Assembly (NCBI GenBank): GCA_001642005.1
Contig: LWCA01000035.1
Coordinates: 1-64,000 of the forward strand
Direction: 5' to 3'
DNA from: Intoshia linei
Taxonomy: Eukaryota; Animalia; Orthonectida
Length of the DNA: 64,000 nucleotides
In this document: positions 12,924 through 31,658 of the stretch, piece after piece
Position numbering within the stretch: position 1 is the first letter of the stretch
Layout of the letters: every line of letters begins with the position of its first letter
Position numbers and translations under genes: made by a program
Notes under the pieces: model-generated
Databases searched by the model: none
The model's input: only the letters and a program-made list of their open reading frames with translations
What the model was told of the DNA's origin: nothing

Positions 12924-13746
12924 TTATGTATTGGATTGTTCAAATTTAGCGTTCAGTTTGGAAACATAAATTTGCAATTTTCTGGATTGAGAAATCAAGT
13001 TATTTGTTATACTCTTGGTAAAATCTTCGGGTAGATTTTTTATTATTTCCTGTTTTTCCACTATTAACGCGTTAAATTCAGCTCGTTCATCTTTTGGTAG
13101 TTGTCTCATTTTTTCAGTTTCAGAACTTAACAGCATTGCTGCCTTAATTTTATTTTCTAATAAAGATTTTGCCACTAAATTTTAAAATATAATAAATTAT
13201 AAATATAAATTTACATGTGAAATCAATAAAATTGACAATAATTTCATTTTTGTACCGAACAGCTATATCTCGTGGTGTTTCGTTTCTGTCTCGTGTTTTG
13301 AATGTCTAATTGAATGATAAATTAATGAGAGCAAAATATACCAAATTGACATTATTCTGTGTCAGTAATTTTATACAATCCAATTGACCCCACACCACAG
13401 CCAAGTGGACAGCAGTATATCCCAATGAATTATAATAATTTATATCAATTTTTTCACATTTTAATAGTTCTTTTAAAATTTCACTTCTTCCTAATTGTCA
13501 ATTTAAAATTTATCATGTACAAAAAAATATTTTTATAAACAGCATTTTACCAAGCATGCATGACATCATTAAAGGAGTTTTAAAGTTATGTTCATCAACA
13601 TTGATTAAATCAATCTGTATTTTTTCGTATACGTCTTCCATTGTAGGATCGTAACTTAAAAGTTCAGCTAAACGATTCATGTCATTTTGCAAAACGCATT
13701 GCATGATTATATTTGAAGTTAAAGCGTTTGCTTCGGAAGTAGACAT
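12924..13746 (-). CDS. ANKRD45: Ankyrin repeat protein, ANKRD45-like
   Basis: Four exons: KTPLMMSCMLGRSEILKELL...GYTAVHLAVVWGQLDCIKLL...ETPRDIAVRY...FIDF, followed by a helical tail (ETEK...LPKDERAEF...KQEII). This matches the ANKRD45 layout. Confidence 0.75.
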
Positions 13747-13980
13747 TGATTTGTTTTCTGGTGAGTTTAACAATCCACAAAAATTGCTTAGTATCCACGA
13801 AACTCATAATAAAATATACCAAAAAAATATTATTGTAAATCAACAATTTCATTCTACATGTTTATATATTTACACAAAGAAAGGAGAAAAATAATACGTT
13901 ATATTAATGAACAACCAATTTAATTAGTTAATTAGAAATTTTAGTCAGAAGTCAGTCAAAACAAGATTTATTAAAATCGT

Positions 13981-16900
13981 TTACTTTGTAGTGTTTATAC
14001 ATAAATACAGATTCATCAATTTCGTATCAGGGTCTATTTTATAATCAATTTTTTTGTATTGGAAAAAACAATTCTGTAATTCAGTGTTGCATGTAAATCT
14101 AAATAAGATATATACATTTTATACTAAAACGAATAATTTACAGATAATGAATTAAAATGTATTTCATAATATTTAAACAAAGGTTAAATACAATACTTTG
14201 TATCAGCTGTTCCCAAATGTACAGAAAAGATTTGAAAAGTTAAATATACAAATATGTAAGTAAGATATAATACAAGCACAGGCTAATTCATCGTTAACGG
14301 AATAATCTATAATAAATTGAAAAAAATCTCATTCCAGAATTTTTTTGGAAAAATATGCTCGTTAACAAAACCTTATGAAAAAAATTCACTTAATCAAGCC
14401 ACAAAATAAAAAATCCAATTTTACCAACCCTCAATAAAAAATCCTCTTTTTCCAATATTTTTTTAAAAAACACGATTTTACTAAATCCTATGATGAAAAA
14501 ACTTTAATTTTTTCATCAATATTTTATATTTCATGTTTCCATTAGGGTTCATGAAAAAAAAAGAAATATTTTGAAATAATGATCCGTACATTATTTAAAC
14601 TGGGAACCACTGCGTTAAAACAATGAAAGATGAAAATATTTTGGTATTCATTCCACTTAACTTATATTTGCAGGTAATTTCATTTCATATAATTAATAAT
14701 CAACCATTCTTATCATTATTAATTAAAAATAAAATAAAAATTTTTACGTATCTAAAACTTTTAATTTGAACCAAAAAAGCTTTAGTATAATTATGATACT
14801 ATATAGTCATTTTAAGTTAAACTTTAACGGAATATGTGTACTTCAGAAAAATTCACAGTCGGTTAATCAAGAATTTTTTCCGTTAACGAGTAAGTAGCCT
14901 GTATATATAAGCACTGTATGATATTTTGGTAATGTCTCTTAGAAATTACATTTTAACTGCGAAACATTTAATGTGAAATTTCCGGATTCGTTGTAAAAAA
15001 GTTGTCAATTTAAAAACAAGCTTTTTTACCGTAAATTAAAAAATAGACAGCAGAAAAATAGTGGTATCTCCAAAAGCCATCAAGTATAATTATCATAAAT
15101 AATATAAAATATTCATTTTTAATTCATAAATCAATCAGCATTATTAGAATATTAATCAAATTATTAAATTAAAAGAAATATTTACTTACTCTACATGATT
15201 ACTTCGATAGGGAGTATATTTATTGCTCAATAATGCTTGAAACTAAAAGATACTGCATAAAATAAAATTAACAAATATCTTAAACACCCGATCCATACTA
15301 CTATACAGATATATAAATTATACTAAGATTAAAGTGACATTATAAATCCAACACCTAGAAAATAAAATATAGAGTCCGATTTTACCAATAAGACGAATAA
15401 TTTTGAACCTATAAAACATTGTTTCAATATTATCCCTAATGTTAACATGGCTTAAAGTTTCATGCCGTTTCAAAAAATGATTCCATTTAAATTCATAAGA
15501 CTGCCTAACTGGTTTATATGTAATCTAAGGCGACCATAAAAATAATTTTAGGACTACAGGCCACTTGGCCGGGTCTACCATCATGAGGGCATACTTTTTC
15601 AACTTATTAATAGGTATTGGTGGAAAATTTTATGATGACCAATGCTATTTTCAACTGTTATTTATAATTTTTAGACAATAAACTACCGATTAAACAATGT
15701 GTAGATGTCCCATTTTTAAAAAATGTTCATAATTTTATAAATATAAATTGCCTACAATTTCCATCTGTGTCAGGACTACTAATGGATCTCCACGTCCCTG
15801 AGCCCGTTCCACATATCTCAGGGTCTTAACTAACTCTAATTATTAAGAATTAAATTATCTTATTATTAATTTAACATTTCAAATTAATTCACAAAATAGT
15901 TGATATTCAAGAATATAATTTTTTAAATGATCAATTTAGAAAAATGAGACCACAATTTACAAAAATTTCGTCAAGCCCCCTCACACGAAGAGGAGATTCA
16001 GCTCTGAGAAATCCGACTTAATTTGATTGAATCGTAAATTATACGTTATGGTTGTGTTTTAAAATATCATCGTTAGCCAAAATTTGAATAGCTCTGCATA
16101 TTATGTTAAATTTGCGAGCTATCGATAACAGTCTAAAATAAATATAAAGAGACTAATATAATAAAAGTTTACTTTTTTACAATAATGACATCTGCCACAT
16201 TATGAACCACGACACTTTTTCCATTTTCGAGACTTTTAGAAATATTTTCTTCGACTTGAGAGATAAAGAAGGTATTCTAAACATAACTAAATAAAATATA
16301 AAATTTGAAAAGTAACCAAAATTGCATCATAATTGTTAAAATATTTTTGAATAATCGCAGTTTTTCCACCTAATAAGGCGTATATGTATATCCATAAAAT
16401 AGAAAAATTGTTAATTTGCACAATAAAATAACAATTAATGTAAATACAATAAATGTAATTTAAAAAAATGTAAATTTGATAGAAAATAATTACATTGAGG
16501 TGGACCAATAAGCAAAACAAGCTAATTAACAATTATTTAAACTAAATATACAAAAACCTCTAATTCTGTAGATAATATATCATATCTTTCGATAATTATA
16601 CTTTTTGGATCAAAGACATTTAAAATAAACTTATCAATTGGGCTTTTCAAAAAGTATTCCTCGGGGGTATAAAAATTTAAATTGAGATTCATAGCAAACT
16701 AAAATTTCAATATATTTTGTCATAGTATATAAACGATGCGATCGGCACAGGAATGATCTTTCTTTTTAATCAATGGATTTAAAAATCTTCCAGCCGAATC
16801 TAAGAATCAATATAACAAATATAAACTATTCAACCAATTATATTGTCATTAAATAAATCTATATGTAATATAAATACCTCCAACATAAAAGCTTTCTGAT

Positions 16901-18183
16901 GCATCAACTTTTTTATTAGGATATAACTAAATCATACTAAATAATTTAACAGCAACATTATATGTACCTTTTCGATAATATACTCCCACATTCCTGGCAG
17001 TGGTTTTCGAAAAACTGAATCTCCAGTCGAACACACAATCTAAAATTATTTAATAATAATTTTCACCATAATTACAGTACAAGGTACATCCAATTCAGTC
17101 AATATCTTTGTTAATTTTGTTTTGTAATTGTTTGAAGTCCACATTCCCATTGATATACCTTTCTATATAAATTTATCAAGTTTCAATTGTTACAAATTAG
17201 GTTAATTTTTAAAAGTAAATTAAAACGTTTGCATTGAAAGGATTTTATTTACCTGATTATTAAATATGATGATTTTGAAATTTTCTTGGTGCAATTCATT
17301 TAATTTTTTTTGTACATTATATTCTGCCAACAGTCTAAAAATTTAATAAAAATTAATGATATACTATATAATAACCCCATATTAAATCTATTTTAAAATT
17401 GGAAAAATTTAAAGGGTCCATTACACTATTGTTTATAACTTTAGAATTCACCAATATACTTAATTCTATAATCAAATGTTAGTTATTCATAATAATAACT
17501 TATTATTATTATTTTCTTTCATTTTTAATAAAAAGATACAAAATAGATTAATGTAGTGTTTCTCAACCTTTTTTACATTGGGTGCACTGGGAAGCAATTC
17601 AAAAATTTTGGTGCACAAGCAAGTAACAAAATAGAAAATGTTTATATTTTTTGCGTACTGGCAATATTCACTATAATATAAAATTATGCAGTAAAGTTGC
17701 AAATTTAAGAAAAAAAAGTTTTGGGTATAAAAATCAAAAAAAATATGATGTAACTGACCTATGAATCACATCACAGGCTGTGACTCTGTGAAATGGTACA
17801 TGTATATTATACAATGTATATATATAACTAGATTTCAATTTTTCGATGGTCACTGATGTTTTAGTTTGATTAGAAACACTGATTTACATTGTACAATGTA
17901 TCAGCAGTTCATTACCTCCAATCATTCGGTAAATTACTATAATTTCTTTTACTTTGTGTTGTTATTAATGTATTGTCCAAATCAAAAGAAGCAATCTAAA
18001 ATTCAGTATAGTTATAGTAATAAATAATACCTTTATAACATCTTCCGAACATGAATCAATAATTTCTTTCGGGTATCTATAATGCAAACATTCTAATTCA
18101 CCTCTAATATAAACGTCTGTCCAACCATTCGGTCTTTCACAAGAATTTATATTAAATTGGGTAAAATCAACATATTTTTGCAT
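13981..18183 (-). CDS. PNKP: Polynucleotide kinase 3'-phosphatase
   Basis: Many small exons encode IASFDLDNTLITTQS...DWR, FKIIIFNNQKGI, FRKPLPGMWE, SFYVGDSAGR...[27 protein letters not shown] (HAD phosphatase). They continue with LIGPPQCGKT (P-loop), CRAI...HNHNF and a last exon 14098-13981. The start codon is uncertain. Confidence 0.9.
14279..14901. mobile_element. Tc1/mariner-pogo (Tigger-like) MITE in the last PNKP intron
   Basis: 24-bp TIR CAGGCTAATTCATCGTTAACGGAA matches the reverse complement of the right end at 21/24. TA lies on the right and CA on the left. It contains a piece of the hAT repeat (14400-14612). Confidence 0.7.
17554..17881. mobile_element. hAT (Charlie-like) MITE
   Basis: TAGTGTTTCTCAACC ... 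GATTAGAAACACTG. The left end matches the element at 31659. The TSD is not preserved. Confidence 0.55.
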
Positions 18184-19481
18184 TAACGAATTTTGTTTAA
18201 TTTTCTTTACTGATTTTGAACTGTAAAATAACAATTTTATAACTATAAATACAATATTAAATGTAATGTAACGAGGTAGAGTCTTTATCAATAAAATAAA
18301 AATTCTATTCTGTGGATGAATATCTTGACTTTATCGATTAGTATGACAAAAAAGATGACTGATACTTAACTGAACAGTTAGAATCTATTTAATCATGTAT
18401 TTATTTAAAAAATCCATTAGATTAATATAATTAAATAGAAAACATTATGCACTGTATATCTGGTGGTCAAAAAAAATTGTAATTGAGATGAGTATGTCGC
18501 CATAAAATTAATATCAAAAGTTAAGCAGGCAGCAAAAATACATTGTTAGTATTATGAAAATAATTTATAAATTTGTTATTTCAAAACCAGTACCAATATA
18601 TTTACATTTTGGTAGTTACGTAATCCAAAAATTATATTATTTACTCACGTTCCAGTTTTCACTAATTTTTCTTAATTAATACAAAATTGTATATAAAACA
18701 AATACATACAGACAGGTAACATTTAGAAAAAAATAAAAAAATATATACTCATATCATTACAAGATAAAATTATAAATACCCAGAAAATCTACTTCGCTTC
18801 AATCCACTTTTAATTGTATTCATAAACTATATGCAATATACCAATGTTACGATATTTCTGTATAAATATATTGTAAGCCTTACAATGTAGGGTTTAATCA
18901 TTAATTATAACAATTATTGAACGAAAATTACAATTGAATTTGAATTCTAATTCGAAAGTTCTTATTTTCCGGTACGTTGTTATTGACAATATTCGAAAAG
19001 AGTTAGATGTATCTTGTAATGTTAGTTGAAAGTTCCCAATGGGAACTAGAAATTTGAATTTAAGTTTACATTTCTATTTTATATTTCTTTTTGCGCTTTT
19101 CAGAATAGTTTTGCACTTTATTTATTCATATTCTATACAATTTTGTTCAAACATTATTGTAAATCGCAAAAACTTTTCTGTAAAGTGCAAAAACAAATAT
19201 GAAAACACTGTAATTGACAAACAAAATATTGGTTATTTACATTTGTTAATATTATATGCATACTTTAACGATTGTTATCACCCCGTTCGTCAAAATGTTG
19301 AATATTGATTAAGGGACCGGGAAAACAAAAAGGCTGTTATATTAATGGATATTATTAAATATGGAATTAGAGGATAAATGCTTCATTTAAGTTTTAAAAA
19401 AACGGAATATTTAGATTTTTATAATTTTCAGTTGAATTGATCAACTTTATTTATATTTTATTTTCAATAAAGTTACAAAAA

Positions 19482-19744
19482 ATGAGAGAGAAACCACAAG
19501 GTGCATCATGTTTTAGTCGAATAAAAATGGGATTTGCCATGGGATTTACAATTGGAATAACATCTGGGTTGTTGTTTGGTTCATTTTCATGTTTGCGGTA
19601 ATTTCTATTATGAATTAAATTTTAATTAATAACAGTCATGGATTACGTGGTAGGGAGTTAATTAGAACTGTCGGAACGAGTATGTTACAAGGAGGCGGAA
19701 CATTCGGAACTTTTATGGCTGTTGGGACAGGAATACGTTGTTGA
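19482..19744 (+). CDS. ROMO1: Reactive oxygen species modulator 1 (Mgr2/ROMO1)
   Basis: Exons 19482-19597 and 19636-19744 (38-nt intron): [74 protein letters not shown]. Not in the ORF track. Confidence 0.95.
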
Positions 19745-20189
19745 TAGTAAACAATATTTGATTGTAAATTTTCTATTATTCTTTGTACCATGTGTAATCT
19801 TTTAGATACAGAGGGCACAAAATAAATTTAAAATTTTCTGTCACGTACTAATTTTATTTATATGTCATGGCTCAGTTAAGTTAAACATTTGATGGACTGA
19901 AAGGCGATAAATTATCAAGGGTTATAGAATGAAATTTATACAGTCAAAAGTCAAATATCATAATTCGGAGTGTGTCGTTTGTTAATTTTATTCGTGCAAT
20001 CGTTAATTTTATAAATAGATAGTAACTCACACAGACATTGAATTTTATATAAGTAAAGGAAAAATGATATTTCAAATATAGCGGCAGGACTGAAATTGTC
20101 ATAAAAATTTCGACGAAAGAAGTTTACTCTTGTTTTATAATTATATGCTATGTAAATTTAATAAATATGAACATAGTATATAATTCATA

Positions 20190-24111
<3,922 letters not shown>

Positions 24112-25468
24112 CTAAACTTAAATTATTTTTTGTAAATATTTGTATTTTAGACGTAATTATATGGTTTATTTACACATATCAATGAAATTTTAAGGCTACG
24201 ACTAATATGAAAAGGATTAATTACAATTGCAACTAATTTATTAAAATAATTTACAGCTTTAATAAATATATATATATAATGAATAATAATGGAAATATCG
24301 ATTCTGATAAAAATGGATTACAACAATGACGTACAAAATCAAAAATCAATGTATTACACGAAAAATAGCTATATTTGTAAAATATAGTAATTAGCGTAAT
24401 CTATCATATTTAAATTTTAATTCAAATGTACAATCAGTATAATAACAACAAAATATTTCGCTTTTATTGTACGTTTTTAATTTTTTCTGAAATTTGTCCA
24501 AACCTGTCACGTTTCTTTTCGTTGTACTGGTATAAGATACTAGTTTAACTGTTGTGTACTTGATGTAAACCTTATCTAGCTTATATACATATTTATCTAT
24601 AGTAAATAACTGAATTTTAAAATGGCACGATCATATTTTTAGTTAAAGTAAATATTTTAATTTGACCAATATTACAAATAACTCTTTGTATGGAAAAAGC
24701 GCCGTGAGATTAAATGTTAAAATTTTCACTCCAAATTTGGTATATGTATTAGTGGATCCTATATTAATCATATCCAATTAAATAAATTAATTTTGATGTT
24801 AATTAAGAAATATAGAAATTTGCTCACAAAAACGTTAAAAAAAAGCTAAATGTTTTAACGGTCATTTTTCCTAAAAATATATTTTCTAGTGGTTTTTAAG
24901 TACTCTCTTCAGCGTAGTATAAGGTATTTCCAATAAAAATAATTTTTAGTAAAAAACGAACAGCTCTAATAGGGATAAATTGAAAAATACTAAAATTTTA
25001 ATACAAGAAATGAAGATTCTAAACAAAACCGATACAGGTTGTCGAAGATCATAGAAAAAAACATTCTAAAATCAGAATATGAAAAAAAATAAATTTTAGC
25101 CTGATCGGGACGAAAATTTTTTATAATTTTGAAATGTTTTTTGTGGTATGTTACTTATACAAAATAGGGATGGTATGCAAAATTAGTTTTTGAAATTCAA
25201 AAAAAAACTAAAATATAAGTTTCCCGTTATTATGAACAAACTAAGGAAATTGAAAATGACTTGAAATATTCAGTAAAATTATAAATTTTTATCAAGGTTT
25301 CAAAAATGGTGTTAAGGTAAGGTAAATCAACTGTCATATTTTAATTTTGCAAATTCGATTTTATTCAATTATATAAATTGTTGTTTTCATATATAAATAA
25401 TTTCCATTGCAATGGTTTAAAAAATAAAAATCAATTTATTACATAAATAACTATACAATTAAACCAAT

Positions 25469-28400
25469 CTATACATTTGAATTTTCATTAAATGTAAAGT
25501 CAGTTAGAATTGGTACCATGATATCATCCATATTGGGCAATACTAAAACTTTCTAAAAAAAATTAGTTTTCAAATATTCAAGAATGTACCTGGAATTCTT
25601 CTAATAATTTTTTTTCAATCCAATCTGTTATTAATGAGGTGTTTACAACTCTTTGGCCAACCTTAGGCTTAGCTTTGAATAATATGTTAGGACATTGAAG
25701 AAATGAGTACCTAAAATCATATAAAAAATAAATTATATATTTTAAGATTTAAACGGATACAGAAAATATTATAAATGGAAAACTGTTTTAAGAGTTATAA
25801 ATAGAAAAATAAAATAAATTATATCGCAGGGTTCCCATATCTTTTTAACCACTGAATTGTAATTTTTAATTAATTTTCTTTCGTGACACTACAAATATTC
25901 GAACAAACTAATCAACATTGAAAAATGATGAAAGTGTATCATAAATATATTATTATATACCTGTAAATGTTTATGAATTTTAACACAGAAATTGCGTAAA
26001 AATTAAAAAAATGATTCACTCGGATAAGGAAAATTATTATCATAAAAATATTAAAAAAATTATATTTGAAATAATGTTTAGTTTTCGATTCAATATAAAT
26101 TATGAGATGAAAAGTTTCGTCAATACCATTACTTTTAAGGTTATTTTAAAGAAAGATTGTTTTTCTAAAATACCATATTCTGCAAGTAGGTGGAGGTGGT
26201 ATATTTATCATAAGAACTCCATCAATACAATTGACTTCAACGTTGAGTCCTATACTTGTTTGAGATACACCCTCTATGGCCTTTTTAATAAACTTGTTAT
26301 CGGTGGCAGTTTGAAAATATTTCGATTTAGCCACTTTGTCTACGATTCTCATAAACGTTTTTCTAAAAATATTATATCAAAAATATTTTATATTACTTTT
26401 CAAGTTGACTTTTCATCAACCCTGAATCTTCTTTACTTCCTCCCAAACTACTGCCAGGTCCAGACTCATCCTCAGAACTAGCATCTATTCCAAACTCTAA
26501 ATCTTTTTGTACATTTTTAGATTCAAATTTTGTTTCTTCACACCTACATTTACTCTAATTTTAAAAGGAAATTTATTAATAAAATAACAAAATTAAAAGT
26601 ATAATATAAAACAGTTCAAATGTATTATTACTATCTGCAATTTATTGTTTGTAACACGGTTTATCACCCTAAAACGTGACCGTAAAGTGTCACTAAATAA
26701 AGTAAAGTCATAAACAAAAAATTATATTTGAGAAGACTTCATTATGATTTGAAATACTTGATGAATAGATATAGATTAATGGTTCTTCGCGACAGGCGAA
26801 TTTAATTTTTCGGTAATCTTACCACAATAAAATTTTGTTATACAGTGGATCTTCTCAAAAGTGAGCAGTTTTATTTAAAAACATTAATGGATACAGCTTG
26901 GTAAAATGAATAAAAATAGTATTGATAATGATTTGATGATAAATCAAAATAAATGTTTACCTTGATAAAAATATTTTAAAATATTTTTTCATAGCTTTTT
27001 AGTTCCCGTCCTCTTAAATTATTAAAAAATATAATGCTAGGAATTTCTTTTTAACATTTCCTAAGTACTCTTTTTGTCGATTGCATTTATGTCTCCAAGA
27101 TTTGAAATTATATTATTCAATTGCGTGTCAATGTTGATATAGTTTTTACTATCAAAATCATAAAAACTAAATTTTCAGTTTTAGTTTCAATTTTTTTCAT
27201 TTCCCAAAAATTTTCAAAACCCTTGAAAATGGCTGTGATAAATAATACATTACAAAAAAAATTACTAGACAAATTTCCAAATGTTATAATTATAAATAAT
27301 GAATATTAACGGTTTCATATCCAATGATTCATATATAAATCATTCAAAAATTATACTAAAATTTCAAATACAAAAAAGTATTTAATTTCAAAAATCGAAC
27401 CATATTTACTAAAAATCCAGTATTACCAACCCTAAAAAGAAAAAATCCAATTTTACCAACCCTTTAGGTAAAGTTCTATTTTTACCAACTATTGCATGCG
27501 ATTCTAAAACACGCTCTCTTATCATTTTGGGTATTGAATTAAATTGCTGGATGTAAACATGAAATTACATTTAGCTTCCAAAATTATAATTTTTAAGACA
27601 AGTTTTTTGCATTATATAAAATGTTATTACCTTTACCCTTACTTAATTGAAAAAGTGTATATTTTATGTATTGTTTGGGTTACTCTGAATTTATATAAAT
27701 GTATTTAATTATTACTATTTATTTTTATTTAATTTATTTAACGCAAGGATTATAAAATTGCATCAAATATTTCATAAAAGATCAAAAATATTCCACTTTA
27801 AAAACTAATAATTGTTCAAGTTTTAATAATAAATAAAAATGGAATTTTTCCTAAAGGGTTGATAAAACTGGATTTTTTCTTAAGGGTTGGTTTATGTATG
27901 GCTTTAAACTTAAGCTCTAGTACAAAATTTGATAATAAATAATTTTTTAAATGTTTTTGATATAAATTTCAAGTGGTTTTAAAAATAAAAAACAAGCAAA
28001 ATCAATAAAATAAACAAATTTTTTTTAAAAAAATTAAAATAAAAAGGAAAAATGTGAAACCTTTAATAACTAGCAGGTTGGTAAATTTCCACATTACAAA
28101 AACTATCATTTCTAGATAAATATTTTTTACACTTACATTTATTTCACACTTCAAGCTAAATTTCAGCTGAAACAAGTTAAAAATGTAAAACAAGCCTCAA
28201 AATTTATACAAATTTCGTTTTTTAATAATAATGCATGTTTTGTTTAATATTTTATATCTATAATTTAGATATTCAATAGACGATTAATAATATTATATTA
28301 TTAAAAATAGACACTTTGTACTGATATATTATACCTTCAAAAAATTTGACATTTGATAGTCAGTAGAGAGTTCAGTGAAAAAATATCATTTTTAATGAGC

Positions 28401-31024
28401 ATTATGTCGATTTTATCGATTCAAATACAATTAATCATCAAATAAAGTAATTTAGAACCACTCTTTTACCACTTTGAAATAATAATATAAGAAGACACAA
28501 CAAATTAAATAAAAATAAGATTATCTGATGAAAAAATAATAACAATTTAATTAAGTAACCACAACCATAAATGTTTCTATCAGTACAAAAAGTAAAAACT
28601 CTACCAGGTTCGAGGCTCTTCAAATACAAAATTTTAAATATAATGTAAATAAATAAAGATATTACTAATATCATAGTTAACTTATGTCTTTTTATGGTAT
28701 GAACAAAAAAATAGTTTGTTTAAAAAATTTTTAAAATTTCAAAATATAATAAATTATATGGTTAAAATATTATAAAACCTTACATAAAGCAATATAAACA
28801 TAAAAATACTTTTCTGATTCACTTTGTCCATATTTTTTTAGTTTTAACAAGTTTATTTTGGTTTCTAATTCCATATTAAATCCACCACTGTATTCAATTT
28901 CGACAGAAATCCAGAGCCCTTGATCGTTAATTTGAGGAAAGTGTAACTTTCTGACTATAGGAACATTATTTCCAAGGTTTATTTTGTTGACAGCCAAGTT
29001 ATCAATAAAAAATGGGACCTAAATAAAAATAAATAATTATTTTAAATTAAACATACACGTAAAACGGATAACTTGTTTTCGATTCTTTTCTTTATATCAT
29101 TTGTCCAATAAGGATTTCGAAAGAGATCCCAAAAAATACGTGTTATTATGGAATTAATGGCAGGCAAATGTCGTTGTCCTCCAATACCTGAACGACTAAG
29201 TTTCATGGTTTTAAGCATATGGTTATTGTACATTTTTTTAAAATAATCTGTAAGGTGTGGTATTTTAGGATAAACTCTAAGTTCATACAAAAGATCATCT
29301 GATACATCAACCCAATCATCTAAATCCTCTTGGATAATTTCAGATTTGTATATGCCATAACTAATTCGTCTGAACCAATCTTCCTTTTGTCGATCAGTGC
29401 GGCCAAATAGATACACGTGTTCAGTAATATACTTAGAACCGGAGTTTAGAGATAGTTCATCAATTAAAATTTCTTGGTCAAAATCAGCTGCAAGTGATGA
29501 ACATCTTTTTATTTTATATTTTTTAAATTTTTTTTCAGAATTGACATTTATTAAATCTGGTTCAGTTTCAGTTGTAGCGGTAAAGGTGGGATTTAATTTA
29601 GTTAATGAATTTGACAGCTTAGAATTTTGATTTTCAGCGTCTTTTAAATAATTTTCATTTTCTATATAATAGGTTAATTTCAAAGGATATTTTCTATTCC
29701 AAAGATGACGTTTAGGAATATTTTTGGGGATAATTTCAATGGTTGAATTGTGCTCAAAATTGGTAAAATAAATTTTTTTTACATCGATAAATTCAATGTC
29801 TTCTGGAATAACATCATTCCAAAGACTTTTATGTAACACTGGTTTATTGGGATACTTTAGAAACATATAATCCAAATATAATTCAACATAAACAGTATTT
29901 GTGTCATTTAGGTGAAACGATGTATTATCAGCATAATCTTCAGAAATATTGACCCAACCTTGAAAAATATTTGAGTTTTTATAATGAGGAAAAGTTCCAG
30001 ACGTATCAGATAACATTTGGTTAGTAGTTTTGTAATCTCCATAAGAATTTTTCCAAATGTAATGTCGAAAAATTTTAAAAAAGAGGTACACGAGGCAGGA
30101 AAACAATTGACTAAAAATGAAACCATAAACAAATCCAGGAAGAATATTATAAAATCTGTAACAATACAAGGTAATAACAATAATCATAATAATTGAAGCG
30201 GACGCAGCTTCATTCATGGAAACCCCAATTTTCTTATTGACTAAATTTATATTAAAGAATGATGGTAGGTTTGGTTGATTTCCATTATTAGCAGCTAATT
30301 CATGGTCAAGTACATTTTTGATGTTAATCTTTTCCTTGGTCTTTTTTATAATTGGTGCATCTTTTTGACGTTGATAATTGTCAATAAGAGTTTGGTTGTG
30401 TATATGTGCTAAAGCATTTCCATCATATGCATTTTCCATAGTTCTTACATGATAATTATCATTGAAACTGGCATTGTAAAAATTTTTGGAAAGACTTATT
30501 TCATGTTCATTCAAAAGTTTGACTTTTTTTAGGTTCGGTACTTGGGAAGATTGTCCATGGTTCATATACTTATTTTTAACAATACGTTTGAATTTTTGAG
30601 CATGTGATTCTTTGGGAGTTGGTTTAATAACTTTGACAGCAACATCAGCATCATCGTTGACTTCTTGCTTGCCATAAATGTCATTGTCCACGTCAGTGTC
30701 CAACAAACCATGCGTGTCTTCAGCTATTAGTTTACCGGAATGTAATTTTTTATGGATTTTGGAGTATATCCCTGAAAAAACACTAGCTTTTTTAAGTCCC
30801 ATGTTTTGCTTGAAATTGATTGAAGAATCATTAGTGTAATTTTTTATATATTCAGAAATATTGTCCAAATTTGAAGGCTTTTTAATTCTTGAAATTTTCT
30901 GATTTGATAAAAAATCTAAACGTTTATCAATATCGTTAGAACAATTCAATATATCTTGCTCTTCGGTTTCATCATTATTAAAATCATCTAATTCGATAGG
31001 TTTTTTCTTCATAGCATCCGACAT
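25469..31024 (-). CDS. TEX2: TEX2 (ER lipid-transfer protein: TM hairpin, PH-like and SMP domains)
   Basis: LWNRKYPL, YLFGRTDRQKEDWFRR, RIFWD, GLWISVEIEYSGGFNMELETKINL, KSKYFQTATDNKFIKKAIEGVS, INIPPPPTCRIWY, WIEKKL...KVLVLPNMDDI. Stop at 25469-25471; first in-frame ATG at 31024. Confidence 0.92.
27310..27910. mobile_element. Foldback-like repeat with tandem TTTTACCAACCCT units in inverted arms
   Basis: The left part matches 5730-5816 plus 6461-6650, and the interior matches 51330-51460. Arms are inverted (27400-27490 vs 27845-27895). Confidence 0.65.
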
Positions 31025-31658
31025 AAAATCAATACAGTCCGTCAATTTATATTAATAAACTTGAATACAATCCAATAATTATAATACTAAATATAATTTT
31101 AAATTTAGTTGGGTCAACATCAATGTCTAATAAATACATTTTCTGTTTTTATAGAAATCATTTTCAATAAATTGTCGTTTGAGCTATTTTTATAAACTAA
31201 ACAGACCTGGAAATTAAATTAATCTTACATTGTGTTATACAATAGTAAATGAGTTTGCTTACTACATATATAAATTATATATTTTTGTTTGTACGATAAT
31301 TAGGTAAGTAGTTAGTAGAATAAAACCAAGTAACGAATATGTTGCAGAATTAATTTATATATTTTGACGATCAAAATTTAATTATAGATCCATTGTCAAC
31401 GTAAATGTATTCAAATTTGTGTAGAATTTATACAGTAGAAATCATGATGTGTATCTAACTATTTATACAATGATTGCAATATTTTTTACATAATATTTGT
31501 TATTGTTTATATACACTGTATTATACTTATTGATTGACAAAATATCATATGTGCCGGACCGTGGAGGGCTGGCAGTAGGTTCAACCATATGGAAATTATA
31601 AGCCTATATAAAAAAATGGGACCTATATAGTATAGATACTATTATACATAGTCTATAC

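Noticed and set aside
12766-13981. Operon or trans-splicing for co-oriented PNKP-ANKRD45-SLC26 (gaps 234 and 157 nt)
   Set aside because: The gaps can hold minimal promoters, and no spliced-leader evidence is visible in the DNA. It needs 5'-end data.
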